Shown here piece after piece: positions 10,886 to 23,935 of a stretch of DNA of 64,000 nt. The notes below the pieces were generated by a model. The model was not told the DNA's origin, ran no database searches, and was given only the letters and a program-made list of their open reading frames with translations. The stretch lies in the NCBI GenBank assembly GCA_036785375.1, contig JAWMAR010000044.1, forward strand, positions 1,550,001 through 1,614,000. The letters run 5' to 3'. The stretch comes from Leucoraja ocellata (lineage: Eukaryota). Made by a program: the position numbers and the translations under genes. Each line of letters starts with the position of its first letter. Positions within the stretch are counted from its first letter, which is position 1.

Positions 10886-11930
10886 ATATTGAAGCAATCT
10901 TTTAACTCAAACTTTTATATGTAAAATGCAATGAAAATCATCTTGCTTATAAATTACCAATTGCTACAATATCCAATTGCCATTTGACTTCATGCCCCAA
11001 ACTGAAATCTGATTCTACTTGGCACTATTAAAATGTAACTCAACCCTTGGAACTCCTGCAATGATCATCGGATGCTATGAGGGTTTTGGTTGCTGCTTTA
11101 GCTGTGATGAAGGTTCAGATGGATTTTCTTACCCTCTCTCCAATTTACTTTCCCATTAACCCATTTGAATGCAAACGGAAATCATTATGACCAGAACAAT
11201 GTTTTTTTGCTTTTCCTCCTGACTGCAATTAGAATTTGGGATGCTCTCCAAGAAAGGCCCCTGCTTCCATGAGGAACATCTTTGTTTCATTCCAACTTGT
11301 CATGGGAGACATTTGGGAGCAATAAGGAAGTATTTAGCAGGTGTCTCTGTTCAAATCGCACCCTTGGGATCCCAGATTAGACCCTTGGACAGAAATAGAA
11401 GCCAATCGGGAGAAGAAAATTACGGAAAACTTGGCTAACCAAGATGCAATTCACAATTATACTTGTTCACTTGGTGAACAGAAGCAACTTGAAACACTGC
11501 TTACTTTCTGATTTTTTTTTGGACAAAACTGTGCTATGCACTGAACAAAAAAATAGCAAAAACAGCCCTTGCACTACCCCTTTCTTTCACCTCATTCGAC
11601 CAGCCATCTCCCCTCTACTCCACTCTTGAAGAAGAGACCTGACCCGAAAGGCAGTCATCCATTTCCCTCCACAGATGCTGCCTAACCCACTGAGTTCCAG
11701 CAGCATTTATTTTGTTGCTTATGGAAGAGGCTCTTTTAGCCGATCGTGTTTGTGGAGTTCACCAAGCAATCCATATCCCCACTCTTTTTCTACGTTGATT
11801 AACCATCTTTTGCAATTCCAGTAAGAAAAGTATTTAAAAATGTAACATATTGATCTTCAAAAAAACTTTTAATGGGGAAATTAAATATTGCTACTGTATG
11901 ACTTTGGCCATTTTTTTCTTTGTCTTGCAG

Positions 11931-12037
11931 GACTACCTGGTTCTATTGCCCAGCGCTTACTATGAAGCACCAATCCTCCAGCTCAGAGTGACGGAGCCTT
12001 GCACCTACACAGTGAGCCATCAAGACACCAGTCAGAA
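11931..12037 (+). CDS. LAMA5: LAMA5 coding exon 3
   Basis: ttgcag| [35 protein letters not shown] |gtgagt; 107 nt, phase 0->2. Confidence 0.95.
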
Positions 12038-12599
12038 GTGAGTATGCTGAGAAAATTGTTGGGTTTTAGCAAGGATAATCTTGTACGTTTCTATTATAAT
12101 GGCATCTGAAAATCCCTCCATCATTTCATCCATTTATCATCTTCATTGTCACAGCCCAATTGTATCTTGGTACATAAATCCAAGGAGTGTAAGATGTGCT
12201 AAGGGTTTGGCATCGAGACCTCCGTCTTCTACTTTGTAGTTTAATAAGAATTACCTTGATAAAAGTAAAATATAAGTGGATATAGATTTGACCTGGGCGA
12301 ATAATGTCTATTTTCACTTGAAGGGAACAAGATGAAACTGGGAATATGGCAACTCTTGTGAACTGCCTCAGTTTAATCTACATTTCTTACAGTTTTGAGT
12401 ATGATTGGGCCTATGTATAGTAAGATTTTTACTGAACATTATGCAAAAAAAGGAATTTTACTGTACCTAAGTACATGTGACAATCAAGTACCATTGAGCC
12501 AACGTAAGCTCGTGGAACAGTACTTTGTTTTATATCTGGGAATATAGTAGCCATCCAAGCTCAAATTTGAATTAGACAGATCAATTAGACAGCATCATG

Positions 12600-13265
12600 T
12601 AACTAGATTTCTCTGCAACCATTTCACCACCTGCACTCTGTCCACCAAGGCTTGCTGGATCTCCTGGTTGCTAATCATTTTAACTCCCCTTCCCATTCTC
12701 ACGCTGACCTTTCTTTCCTGGGATTCTCCATTGCTAGAGTGAGCCATGCACACTGGGGGAACAGTGCCTCGTATTCTGCGTGGCTAGCTTACAGCCCAAT
12801 GGTATAAACATTGAATTATACAGTGTTAAGTCATATCCTGCTATCCCCTCTCTCTAAACTTTGCCACCTGCGCCCATTTCTCACACTATCCTGCCCTCCT
12901 TTACCCCAACCCCCCTCCCTTGTCCCCTTCCATTTATATCCCTCCCTCTGGCTTTACATTTCACTCATCTTCTCTCTTTATCTGACACCTTTTGTCTCCT
13001 TTACACCTCTCGTATTTCTCACTCACTCCATCCATCTGCCAATCAAATCCCCTTTACTTGTATCAATCTATCACTTGCCAGGCTGTATACTGGGCCCCAC
13101 CACTCTTCCCAGCTTCCTTCTCCTTACTACAATCAGTTTGAAGAAGGGTCCCGACCTGAAACGTTGTCTGTCCGTTCCCTCCGCAGATGTTGCCTGATCT
13201 GTGGAGTTCTTCCAGCACTTTGCACTTTGCTCAATATTCCAGCATCTGCATGTCCCTGTGTCTCC
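12600..13265 (+). mobile_element. Degenerate Penelope-like 3' end with terminal repeat
   Basis: gttgctaatcattttaactcccct..gcttacagcccaatggtataaacattgaa, pyrimidine-rich UTR, tgaagaagggtcccgacctgaaacgttg. Confidence 0.75.
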
Positions 13266-13442
13266 AACTTGCTTTCTCTAGTTGTATCTGAATTGGCCAA
13301 CTCTTCTGTAAGTTATCCTTCTATAATATGTGCTCATTTTTTTCTCCCTACTAGCCCAAGCTGACTTGCTGGGCACTTCCTGCAACTCCACATTTAGCAG
13401 CTTTTTATATTATTTTACTTGCAATCACAGCTTATCATCTGC

Positions 13443-13609
13443 GGAAACTCAGCGGGTGCGGCAGCATCTATGGAGTGAAGGAAATAGGCAACGTTTCGTC
13501 CCAAAACGTTGCCTATTTTCTTCGCTCCATAGATGCTGCCGCACCCGTTGAGTTTCTCCAGCATTTTTGTCTACTTTCGATTTTCCAATCATCTGCAGTT
13601 CCTTCTTGA
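13443..13609. mobile_element. Palindromic Penelope-terminus element with 16-bp TSD
   Basis: Inverted arms centred on ggcaacgtttcgtcccaaaacgttgcc; ACAGCTTATC(A/G)TCTGC at 13427-13442 and 13610-13625. Confidence 0.8.
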
Positions 13610-14059
13610 ACAGCTTATCGTCTGCCAACTTTAGTCTCGCCCTATCAGAGATATATACCTTCCATCCTATTCATTCCTCCCCTACATTCAGCGACTTCAA
13701 ACTAACTTGTTTTCTCTTTCCCAGCATTGACAAAGGCTTTGATCTGTTTCTCTTTCCACAGATGCCCACTGCAGTGTATCTAACATTTTCTGTTTTTATT
13801 TCAGATTTCCTGCAACTGCAGCTCTTTCAGTCACAAGGGATGGCATTAGGGAACTACCATAATGAAAAGTCGTTACTCTGAAACAATAACTCTATTTTCC
13901 TTCCATCAGATATTGTCTAATTTACTTTCTGGAGAATATTTCCAATATTTGCCGGTTCTGTTTGGCTTTTTGAGAGTAAAATGGATTTGAGTTTCCATTG
14001 GGTTTCTTGCAATTGTGACAATGAAGTGATGAGGTTGGTCTCTCCCTCTCTCTCTACAG

Positions 14060-14213
14060 TTGTTTGCTGTACAGACATCTTTCCTTGGATGGCTTTCCCT
14101 CACTGCAGGCCACTGATGGAACGTGTGCCTATGAAAACTACCTCCCTAGTCAATGTCACTCAGTACAGCCCACACCAAGCCATCCAACAATGGTCATCCT
14201 GAACAACAAACAG
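14060..14213 (+). CDS. LAMA5: LAMA5 coding exon 4
   Basis: ctacag| (N)CLLYRHLSLDGFPSLQATDGTCAYENYLPSQCHSVQPTPSHPTMVILNNKQ |gttagt; 154 nt, phase 2->0. Confidence 0.93.
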
Positions 14214-14469
14214 GTTAGTACAATGGTGAAATGATTGAATGGGGCACCAGTGAACAGGCACTATTGCTTGCGTCTGAAACTTCCTCTGCTATTTTACCAG
14301 AAATCTGATCCAAATAAAATAAAATGGTTAGCAATTGCACCCAAACTCGGAGTGAGAGGAATTGGAAATAAAGCAGTTGGATTGATCTGTGATTGAATTG
14401 TTTCAATAACTATTATTAATTATTGCGTACTGTCAGTTTAACATAACTTCCACATTTATACCCATATAG

Positions 14470-14768
14470 ATTTTAGTTTAGTTTAGAGATACAGTGTGGA
14501 AACAGGCCCTTCAACCCACCAGGTCCACACTGACATTAACATTACCGACACACACCAGTGACAATTATACAGCACATTTATTCCAAGCCAATTAACTTAC
14601 AAACCTGTACATCTTTGGAGTGTAGGAAGAAACCGAGGATCTCGGAGTAAACCCATGCGTTCACGGGGAGACTGAACAAGCTCCGTACAGACAGCACCCA
14701 TAGTTAGGATTGAACCGGCTCATTGGCGTTGTGAGGCAGCAACTCTACCGCTGCACCACCATGCCTCC
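14470..14768 (-). mobile_element. HE1-like V-SINE
   Basis: tttagtttagagatacag..ggaaacaggccc..gcagcaactctaccgctgcaccacc. Confidence 0.8.
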
Positions 14769-15124
14769 CTTCTAACATTATTTAATTCAGTTTTTTTTTT
14801 GTTGGTGAAGTGTAACAATGTTGACAATGTAGCATCTTTCCCTTACTGTGAGGCTGCATTGAATGGATGGTGGAACAATAGTGGCCATTCAGCTCCTCTG
14901 CCTCTACATGCCTTTGTCATTCCGACTCATTCAACATATGCTTCCAGCCTCTGAATCAGCACATTGATATTGTGCCATAGTTTTGTTAGCTGGCTTGTTA
15001 ATCCAATCCCCACAGTATTTTTAATCAGTGGTTATTACTATGAGTGTCCAATGTTGAATCCACTGTATAATTTTTGCACAGCTGTTGACCAGCCTGCTTA
15101 ATGTGTCTCACTGTACCGTCTTGT

Positions 15125-15400
15125 GGGCAGCGGTAGAGTTGCTGCCTTACAGCACCAGAGACCCGGGTTCAATACTAACTACAGGCGCTGTCTGTACGGA
15201 GTTTGTACGTTCTCCCTGTGATCATGTGGGTTTGCTTCGGGTACTCCGGTTTCCACCCACATTCCAAAGACATGCAGGTTTGTAGGTTAATTGGCTTTGG
15301 TAAAGTTTCCCTATATGTGTGGGATAGAACTATTGCTCGTCAGCGTGGACTCGGTGAGCCGAAGAACCAGTTTCCAAACTATATCTTTGAACTAAACTAT
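15125..15400 (+). mobile_element. HE1-like V-SINE
   Basis: gcagcggtagagttgctgccttacagcaccagagacccgggttcaat..aactaaact. Confidence 0.8.
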
Positions 15401-15565
15401 TTATTTTTCAAAGACTTCATCGCTTGTAAAAATTGTAATTGAATTTGTGTGTCACCATCAGTAAGGTAATGCATTCAGCTTGATGTGTTTATTAGGGAGA
15501 AAGCTAATAATTGTCCAGTCATCGGAAATTGTTTCATTTTTGACACCAAACCTTCACCAGTGGAA

Positions 15566-15764
15566 AATAGACACAAATAGCTGGAGTAACTCAGTGGGTC
15601 AGGCAGCATATCTGGAGAAAAGGAATATGTGACGTTTCAGATTGAGACCCTTCTTCGACCCGAAACGACACCTGTTCCTTACCTCCAGAGATGCTACCTG
15701 GCCCGCTGAGTTACTCCAGCTTTTTGTGTCTATCTTTGTTGTAAACAGGCATCTGCAGTTCCTT
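15566..15764. mobile_element. Palindromic Penelope-terminus element with 15-bp TSD
   Basis: Inverted arms; CCTTCA(C/A)CAGTGGAA at 15551-15565 and 15765-15779. Confidence 0.78.
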
Positions 15765-16039
15765 CCTTCAACAGTGGAACTTTGAAATGTTATTATAGAA
15801 ACATAGAAAAATAGGTAGGCCATTTGGCCCTTCGTGCTAGCACCACCATTCAATATGATCATGGCTGATCATCTGAAATAAGTACCCTGTTTCTGCTTTT
15901 TCCTCATATCCCTTGATTCCTTTAGCCCTGAGAGCTCTCTCTTAAAAAATATGTGTAGCATCCTGTGATGAATTGGAAAATGGTATTCTTAGCATTTTTG
16001 TTGGTGAATGCTGTAACTGTATTTTTTTGCATTTTCAAG

Positions 16040-16203
16040 ATGAATGTACAATTGCGAATGAGGGTTCCACATTCAGGTGCCTACGTGGTTCTCATTGAAT
16101 ACGCGACTGAGACGGATCCAGGAGAAAGCCTCAGTGTTGTTGTAAATGCTGTCGGGTGGCAAGACCAGCGCATCACAATCGAGCTTCATCATTGCAAATA
16201 CAG
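16040..16203 (+). CDS. LAMA5: LAMA5 coding exon 5
   Basis: ttttcaag| MNVQLRMRVPHSGAYVVLIEYATETDPGESLSVVVNAVGWQDQRITIELHHCKY |gtgag; 164 nt, phase 0->2. Confidence 0.92.
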
Positions 16204-16242
16204 GTGAGGAAGACCCCTTAAAAACAGCAATCTTTGTTCCAA

Positions 16243-16393
16243 TGTAGAAACAAGGAACTGCAGATGCTGGTTTACAAAAAAATGCTGGAGTAACTCGGCA
16301 GGTCAGGCAACGTCCCTGAAGAGCATCAATGTTCTCCATCCATGATCTCCAGAGATACTGCCTGACCCGCTGAGTGACTTCAACACTTTGTGA
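16243..16393. mobile_element. Palindromic Penelope-terminus element (centre deleted) with TSD
   Basis: CAATCTTTGTT at 16228-16238 and 16394-16404 (15 bp with 2 mismatches if extended); about 40 nt downstream of the exon 5 donor. Confidence 0.7.
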
Positions 16394-18457
16394 CAATCTT
16401 TGTTTTAACCTTGATCAGACTTCCCAGATTAAATCTCCAGCAAGCAGTGAAATCCAGGAGCTTTTATTGTTATTATTGGCCCTTTATGCAAATTGCTTTT
16501 GGATTCACCTTTTTGAAATTAAACCAGATACTTGCTCTTGACAAAGTACCCAATGCAAAGTAAAAGGAAAAAGCAGAAAAAAAACAAATCCTGTGGCTGA
16601 TTTTTGCTGCTCCCCTTAAGGAATCATATATTTAAAAGGAGGTATTAAACTTCCATTCTCTCCTTCTCTCCTTCAGCACCATCCCCCTTAAAGGGGTGCA
16701 TCAGAGTGGAGTGGGTGGGATATCATGCATCTGTTCTGATCTATTTTTACCTGTTATACCAACATTACCTGTGCAGAGGTAAATCTAGTTAGAACATGAC
16801 AGAGACAGGAAGGTGAAGTAGGTGTGCTTAGTTGTGTGTTGGCTGGGTTCAGTAGGTCAGATATAAAACTTCCGAACTTGATAAAACCTGCTCCAGTGAT
16901 GACAGAGGTATCTGTACATGCCTTCCCTTGTTTTTGTAGCAGAGATGGTGTGCTCTGATCCCCCGAATGTAGCAAGGTTAGAGTGGGGAAGTCTGGCTGC
17001 TTGTCCTTGAATGTTGAGAGTTGTGCAAGATCCAGGCAGCTTGAGATGCAGTTGATCAGAGCAAAGTTATTACCATTGACGGATGTTTGAAGATGCAAGG
17101 GATCTTGCAGGGCCCTGACCTGAAACGTCACCTTTCCATGTTCTCCAGAAATGCTGCCTAACCCGCTGAGTTACTCCAGCATTTTGTGTCCCATTTTTTT
17201 TGTAACCCAGCATCTGCAGTTTCTCGTGGCTGCGAGGGATACAGATTTGGTTAGATGAAAGACATGGCAGTATGAGAAGCATATTTTTAATGTGGTGATG
17301 GTGTTCTGGAGTTTGCAACCCGTAAGGGTGAGGTAGAGAGCCGGGAGACTGATGGGGAGCCTCCATGTGGAGCCAGCATGAACACATGGCCATCACAGTG
17401 CCAGAACAATGCTCTGAATAAATCCTATTTATATTGAGCATGATGATACAAATACCTATATCCACCTATCACCTGCCCGGTTTTATCCCACCCCCACCTC
17501 TCTTTTCCTGCTCTCGCCCTCCCACCCCCATCCCCTGGCTCCAATCAGTATGAAGAAGGATCCCGACCTGAAACATCATCTGTCCATTCCCTCCTCAGAT
17601 GCTGCCTGACCTGCTCAATTCCTCCGGCACTTTGTGTTTGGCTCATGATGCAAACTATATTACTATTCTGTTGTCAGCTCCATAGCTGTTTTGGGCTTTT
17701 TTGGTAGATTATTTACTGTGGTAGACATTGAATGCCCTTGGATTAATGATTCAAATTTTCATACAAACATAGAATGAAAGGAGTGGGCCATTTGCCCCTC
17801 CGAACCCACTCCTCCTATGTTTAGTGCTATGTGTAGCTTATTGGCCCACCTTATTACCCCTTCATTGCATTTGATATTTAATTGTTCAAATTCCCTCACT
17901 GTCTGCAAAGCGTGGGAAACGGTACTCCCATGTTGCGGAGATATGAGTCACTATAATCCTTCATGAGCAACCCTAATTGGAAAATTAGAAGCTAAAGGGT
18001 GCAGATAAATATGGCTAAAATAAAAACATAAAGTCAGTTTTGCAACACAAATTCTGATTGGTGCTGCAAAGATTACATTTTCAATTCTTTTTGGTTTTGC
18101 AATCTGGCTTAAGTTTGGATGGAGCGTAAAAGGAATTTGAACTACTCATTTCTAAAGTCAACATTCACATACTTGTTGTTAATGAAAACTGCAGATATTA
18201 GAGTCGGCAGTTGGCCAGATGCGTGGGGATGTGTGGGAAAATGTTCACAGATCAAATATAATGCTTTGAAAATTAGGGAAGATTGTAATTTTGAATTATT
18301 TACCTTGTGTAATTAGCGGGAGCAGATGTGTGAAATATCTCCAGGTAATTTTTCGAGTTAAAACATGAATTTAGCTGGAGAAGCATTTGAGAACATTGCA
18401 ATCTATCTATTTCAAACCCCTAGGTTGTGTCAAATACATTTATATCACCCAACATCA

Positions 18458-18663
18458 AATAGAGTTGCTGCCTTACAGCACCAGAGACCCAAGTTCGATC
18501 CTGACTATGGGTGCTGTCTGTACGGAGTTTGTATGTTCTCCCCGTGAGTTTTCCTCGGGTGCTCCGGTTTCCTCCGGCACTCTCAAAGACGTATAGGTTT
18601 GTAGGCACGGACTCGATGGGCCGAAGGGCATGTTTCCAAGCTGTAACTCTAAACTAAACTAAA
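18458..18663 (+). mobile_element. HE1-like V-SINE, internally deleted
   Basis: agagttgctgccttacagcaccagagacccaagttcgatcc..gggccgaagggc..(aaact)n. Confidence 0.78.
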
Positions 18664-19079
18664 TTTAACCAATTCATCTACAAATTGCATCGCAGAGGTT
18701 TTATTGCTTCTTCTCAGCAAGTCACAGCTGCTGTACTTTATCCTTCATCCCTAAAAATCTATACAAAATTAGCTTGCTAATTAGATGCGGCAGATCTCAT
18801 TTCCTAAAGAAATTTGATTAGGTTTGTAACAAGCTGAAAAGAAACGCACTTTTTCAGAACTGAATCTTCTTCTAAAACCGCAGGATTTTACAATGGAAGA
18901 AAGAGGACATTTGGCCTATCTAACCTCTGCTGCCTTGCAGGAGATAAAATGTTATCCATTTTGTCTTGTCTGTCCCTTTCATTCTTATATTGCTTTCTGT
19001 CTTGCTGTCGGTTGTATTTTTGATGTTTATCTTATCTTGTTTCTGTTGGATGAAACTCACTGACAGGCCCATAAACTGC

Positions 19080-19398
19080 AAGTCGATGAGGAGGAATTTA
19101 TTTAGCCTGAGGGTGGTGAATATGAGGAATTCATTGCCTGTGAAAGCCGTCATTGGGTATTTTTAAAGCGGAGTTTGATAGGTTCATGATCAGGAAGGGC
19201 ATCAAAGGTTACAGGGAGCAGCAAGGAGAATGAGGCTGAGAGAGAAAATTAGATCAGCCATGATCGAATGGCTGAGCAGACCTGATGGGCTGAATGGCCT
19301 TTGCAAAGAGTTGTGGATGGCCAGGAATTGTGATCATATTGAATGGTGGTGCAGGCTCGAAGGGCCGAATGGCCTACTCCTGCACCTAATTTCTATGA
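19080..19398 (+). mobile_element. CR1-like 3' fragments (two tails in tandem)
   Basis: gatgaggaggaatttatttagc..gatcagccatgatcgaatgg; second tail gaatggtggtgcaggctcgaagggccgaatggcctactcctgcacc. Confidence 0.75.
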
Positions 19399-19779
19399 AT
19401 TGCAGCGAGTTGTGGATGCAGCCATTACACAAACCACACCTGCTTACCTCCAGCTACACCTCATGATCATAATCAAGGACCATCTTCACACCAGTCATTT
19501 CCTCTTCTCCCCTCTCCCGTCAGGCAGAAGATACAAAACTGTGAAAGCACTTAACACCAGATTCTGTGAAAGCTTCCTCCTCGCTGTTATCAGACCACTT
19601 ACTGTATGGTGGTCCCATAATCTAGGGCCTAATTCTAATCTTCCAACGAGCCTCATTGCAGACCTTGCACTTTTTCTTATTTGCACGCTCTCTGCAACTG
19701 GAATGTTCTAATGCCACAACACTATTCTGGGATATTTCTCTTAGCATTACCTCCAGAACAGCTTGATTGTATTCATGTA

Positions 19780-20199
19780 CAGGTTTACCACCAAATTTCC
19801 GGCAACTGCTGGTGCAGCACCTCCTTTAATCCAGACAAAATTATGAGAGAGCACTTGAAATCCCCCCCCCCCCCCCCCCCACCCCTTGGAAGACCCCCCG
19901 GAAATGTGGCGCCTAGGCTGGGTGAGATGGCCGATCTCAACCTCGTCGGGATTTCTGCACCGATCATCGGGTTGTATTTTCCCCCTGTGGCCGGGGCTCT
20001 GGAACTCCGGACCAGCCAGAGCCGGCATCCATTCCCATAGCCGATTTCCGAGGCCAACTTTGTCGGAAGGTATCTCGGCTTCCCGGCTGGTTAGGTGGGC
20101 CATCGCAGTACTGTTGGACTCCTCTCCGAGGTCCAGCAAATTGGATAATCCTGGAAGGCTCTGGAACCAAGGATGACAGAAGATCAGTGGTGGGACCTG
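19780..20199. mobile_element. Putative Tc1/mariner-Tigger-like MITE nested in a Rex1-like 3' tail
   Basis: Imperfect TIRs CAGGTttaccacc.. / ..gtggtgggACCTG; left flank TA, right flank CA; the interrupted tail resumes after it. Confidence 0.5.
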
Positions 20200-21699
20200 C
20201 ATAGTGCGATTTGGCAGGTTACTACAGAAACAAATGTTTTCACTGTATCTCAATACTTGACAATAACAAACCAATGCTAATGATAAAAGTGTTCTCAAAT
20301 GCCTGAGCAATCAATGGATGAATAAGGCATCTGAAGAAGGGTCTCGACCTGAAACATCACCCAGAGATGCTGCTTGTCCCGCTGAGTTACTCCGGCATTT
20401 TGTGTCTATCTTCCATGAACAATTAATGAATGTCTTTGCCGTGATGGCCACTTCCTGTGAATGGCTAAAGAGAAGAAAGTGCTAGTTTTGTGCAGAAGGC
20501 AAGGTCTAATACTTATGTGAGTGAGGAGAGAAAAGGCAAATTGATAATCACGAGTGAAATGGCTTGCATAGAGTTGAGACTTGGGCTCTGCAGTAAAGTC
20601 ACAGCAGACAGCTTCAAAAACAAAATGCTGTTGTTTTTGTTTTAATGGACCTTGTCCACTCCTGGATGTGAACAATAGGACGTGCACTGCAGAATCCAGG
20701 TACTTCCTCACAGAGAATTCTGATTTTATCGAATGCCCTCGGGATCTTCCCCAGACAAAATGACTAATTTTGGTCTCATTCAGGAAATGGGGACGAGGAA
20801 TTTGGAAGGGCAAAAGATTATCCGAATGCATTTGATTTTTGTGTTCTGGTTTGCTGCCAGTGCAGTAACGCCTACATTTCTTCCCACTGTGTCTCTGACC
20901 TCATGTCCATATTATTCCACCTATTTCCATCTCTATCTAATCACCAGACTCTGGTCTTCCATCAGCTCATATCCAGACTCGCTCACCTGTGTCTCTGTCT
21001 CAGTGCATTTCCCTGGCCCCATTCTCCATAACCTGTCGATCATCTGAATCTCTGTTGACCATATCCTGATCCACACCCTTTCACCCATCACCACCTTGCC
21101 TGCTAACTTCCAATAATTCTCAGTTAAGAATGGTTCAGTTTTAAGACCTGAAGAAGGGTCGCAACCCAAAACATCACCCATCCTTTTTCTCCAGAGGTGC
21201 TGCCAGACCCGCTGACTTACTCCAGCACATTATGTCTATCATTGGTATGAACCAGCATCTGCAGTTTCGTGTTTCTACCTGGTTCCATTTTAAATTATTC
21301 AAACTTGTCTTCACACAATTTCTTGGTCTCGCCCCTCTCAAACTCTACTTTAGTTTAGGAAAGAACTGCCAGTGCTGCTTTACACCGAAGATAGACACAA
21401 AATGCTGGAATATCTCAGCGGGACAGGCAGCATGACCTTCTTCTTTAAGAATGTTCCCGAGAAGCCATGTGCTCGATTGTCCAAACATTTCTTTGTGGCT
21501 TGGTGCCAATGTTCTTTGTTTGATCACTCTTCTGTAAAATACATTTGGCCGTTTTGCCATGGTAAAGGTGTTATGTACATAAAAGATGCAATGTTGCTGC
21601 ATTTTATAGTTCTCCTATCATGGTCTGCATTTGTGCAGTTAGAGGGATGAAAAGTGCTATGGAAATGCTGCTCCCCTGTGACAGCAAAGTTATAAACTC

Positions 21700-22150
21700 A
21701 TATAGTTATACAACGTGGAAACAGGCCCTTCGGCCCAAAGTACCCATAACAGCCAACATGTACCATCTTCACTGGTCCCACCTGCCTACATTTGGCCTAT
21801 ATCCCTATAAACCTATCCTATCCTTTGTTAAACGTTGGGATAGTCCCTGCCTCAAATACCCCCTCTGGCAGCTCATTCCATACACCCTCCATCCTATGTG
21901 TGAACAAAGTCACCCCTCAGGTTTCTATTAAATCCCCCCCCCCCCCCCCCCACCTTAGACCTATGTCCTCTGGTTCTTGATTCCCCTACTTTGGGCAAGA
22001 GACTCTGTGTGTCTACCCGATCTATTCCTCTCATGATTTTGTACACCTCTATAAGATCACCCCTCACCCTCCTGCGCTTCAAGGAATAGAATCCTTCCCT
22101 GCTCCAGCTCTCCCTATAGCTCAGGCCCTCAACTCATGGCAAAATCCTCA
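21700..22150 (-). mobile_element. CR1/HER1-like LINE 3' fragment
   Basis: ORF-track peptide RRVRGDLIEVYKIMRGIDRVDTQSLLPKVGESRTRGH. Confidence 0.85.
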
Positions 22151-22580
22151 TAAGGGTCAGAAAAAAAACGTTGTCTTTGAGGAATATTTGGGGAATTTTG
22201 AGGAATATTAGGGTGGGTTTTTGTAGGAGCTCCTGAGTAAATCGCAGAAGTAGGAGTTGAATTAGTGGTTTCGATATCCATATCATTGATAACTCAAAGC
22301 ATTATTACCTGCAGATCATCCCCCTAAAGAAGGAAAATAAAATACATGTCAGCGCATGCGTTTCACACAGTGACAGTGGTCTGCCCCTTCTCTCACCTGT
22401 AAACAGGCAAACAAAATTGAATGCACTTTTTATTTGGTCATTGAATTCTAAATAATGGTGAGCTGGACTAGTGGATGGATAAATTGTTTTAATGATATAT
22501 ATATATATTCCTGTCCCAACATAGAACAACCCGTTCTTTCTGTTGTTTGCTAAGAATTTGGAGCTTGTTTTTAATTCCAG

Positions 22581-22689
22581 CTTTCTCTGCCGTGGAGTTG
22601 CAGTTGATTCTATGAATCGTGTCGCTGTGTATGAATTAACGACCAGAGTGGAACTGCAGATTGTGGCAGACTCGGCCAACGTTTTATTG
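22581..22689 (+). CDS. LAMA5: LAMA5 coding exon 6
   Basis: ttccag| (S)FLCRGVAVDSMNRVAVYELTTRVELQIVADSANVLL |gtaag; 109 nt, phase 2->0. Confidence 0.92.
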
Positions 22690-22853
22690 GTAAGGGAGAG
22701 TTCATGAATTTAAAACTACCAATTCTTTCTCCCTCGCATGCTTGGCAAAACCTGTCTCCAATCCAATTAGTGGTATTATAGCAAAAGGGTTCAAACACTG
22801 TAATAGGGGGTTGTGTACTTTTCGGCGCTGCTGTTTCAGCATCGCTGTTTTTG

Positions 22854-22858
<5 letters not shown>

Positions 22859-22914
<56 letters not shown>
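22859..22914. repeat. (GT)28 microsatellite
   Basis: Uninterrupted GT dinucleotide run. Confidence 0.95.
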
Positions 22915-22917
<3 letters not shown>

Positions 22918-23559
22918 CCTCCCCCGTTTAATATAAATGTAGGTTTCTGTTGTCCCCTATAAATTGTGTCATGAATTTTCCTATGCCCAAAATAAAAATA
23001 ACCAGCCGGTAATTCATCTAAACTTTAATCTTTCTTCTTCTAACTTACTTCACCTGAAGCTAAACCAGTAGAATGCATTTCGAGACTTGGTAACAATTTA
23101 CTGTCTACTTTGTTAATGATTGCACTTTAAAAATGATTTGTTTTTACCCTCAAATTTGGGTTTTGGTTGTGTTTAATGAGACGTTCTCATGAATTGGCAA
23201 AAGATCGGCTCCTCCAAACGGCAGCGCCAAATCAGTGGTGCCGAAACGGCGGCGCCGAATGGTACCATTCCGCCTGTGTAAATGAATAGTTAAATAAGTT
23301 CATGTTTTTCTATATGTGAATGGTTCAGATGGACAATAAATTGTGATATTTTTTTAACAAATTAAACTGATTTGGAGGCGAACAGCTAACAGTTGAAAGG
23401 TTAAGACTTAGTATGTCTGCACCAAGATTCTTTCAGTGTAAGGCAATACAATCATTGGAGAACTTCCAATTTATTATCTGTGATTCTTTCCGCAGAGCCT
23501 CTAGCTCTTGAAGACGTGAGCTCTGGCTTTGAGGTCCTGGAATGATGTAACTGACTAGA

Positions 23560-23935
23560 ATATAGACACAAAGTGCTGGAGTAACTCAATGGGTCAAGCA
23601 GCATCTCTGGGGGGAAAAAAGGATGAAAGACCAACGGTCTGAAGAAGGGTTGCGATATTTCGGGTTGCGAAATGTCACCTATCCTTTTTCTCCAGAGAAG
23701 CTGCCTGACCCGCTATGTTACTCCAGCACTTTGTGTCTATCTTTGGTATAATCCAGCATCTGCAGTGCCTTTTTACTTTTCTCACTTCCATTTTCCAGCC
23801 CCCCCCCCCCCCCCCCCTTCCCTTGCAATCAGTCTGAGGAAGGATCGCGACCCAAAATGCTGCCTGATTCGCGGAGTACTCTGGCATTTCGTGTCTATCT
23901 TGAGTATAAACCAGCATCTGCAGTTCATTTCTACA
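23560..23935. mobile_element. Cluster of Penelope terminal repeats (inverted pair plus extra + copy)
   Basis: agacacaaagtgctggagtaactc..ctgaagaagggt..ttactccagcactttgtgtct; second agtctgaggaagg..cagcatctgcagtt. Confidence 0.7.

Noticed and set aside
12811-13364. 128-aa and 167-aa ORFs
   Set aside because: Pyrimidine-rich Penelope 3' UTR lacks stop codons by composition; the same LKKG..PKRH peptide recurs at every tail copy.
21933-21951. Long poly-C runs (also ~19862, 23799, 50272, 60678) as functional elements
   Set aside because: They are homopolymer expansions inside repeats, and their lengths are prone to sequencing error.
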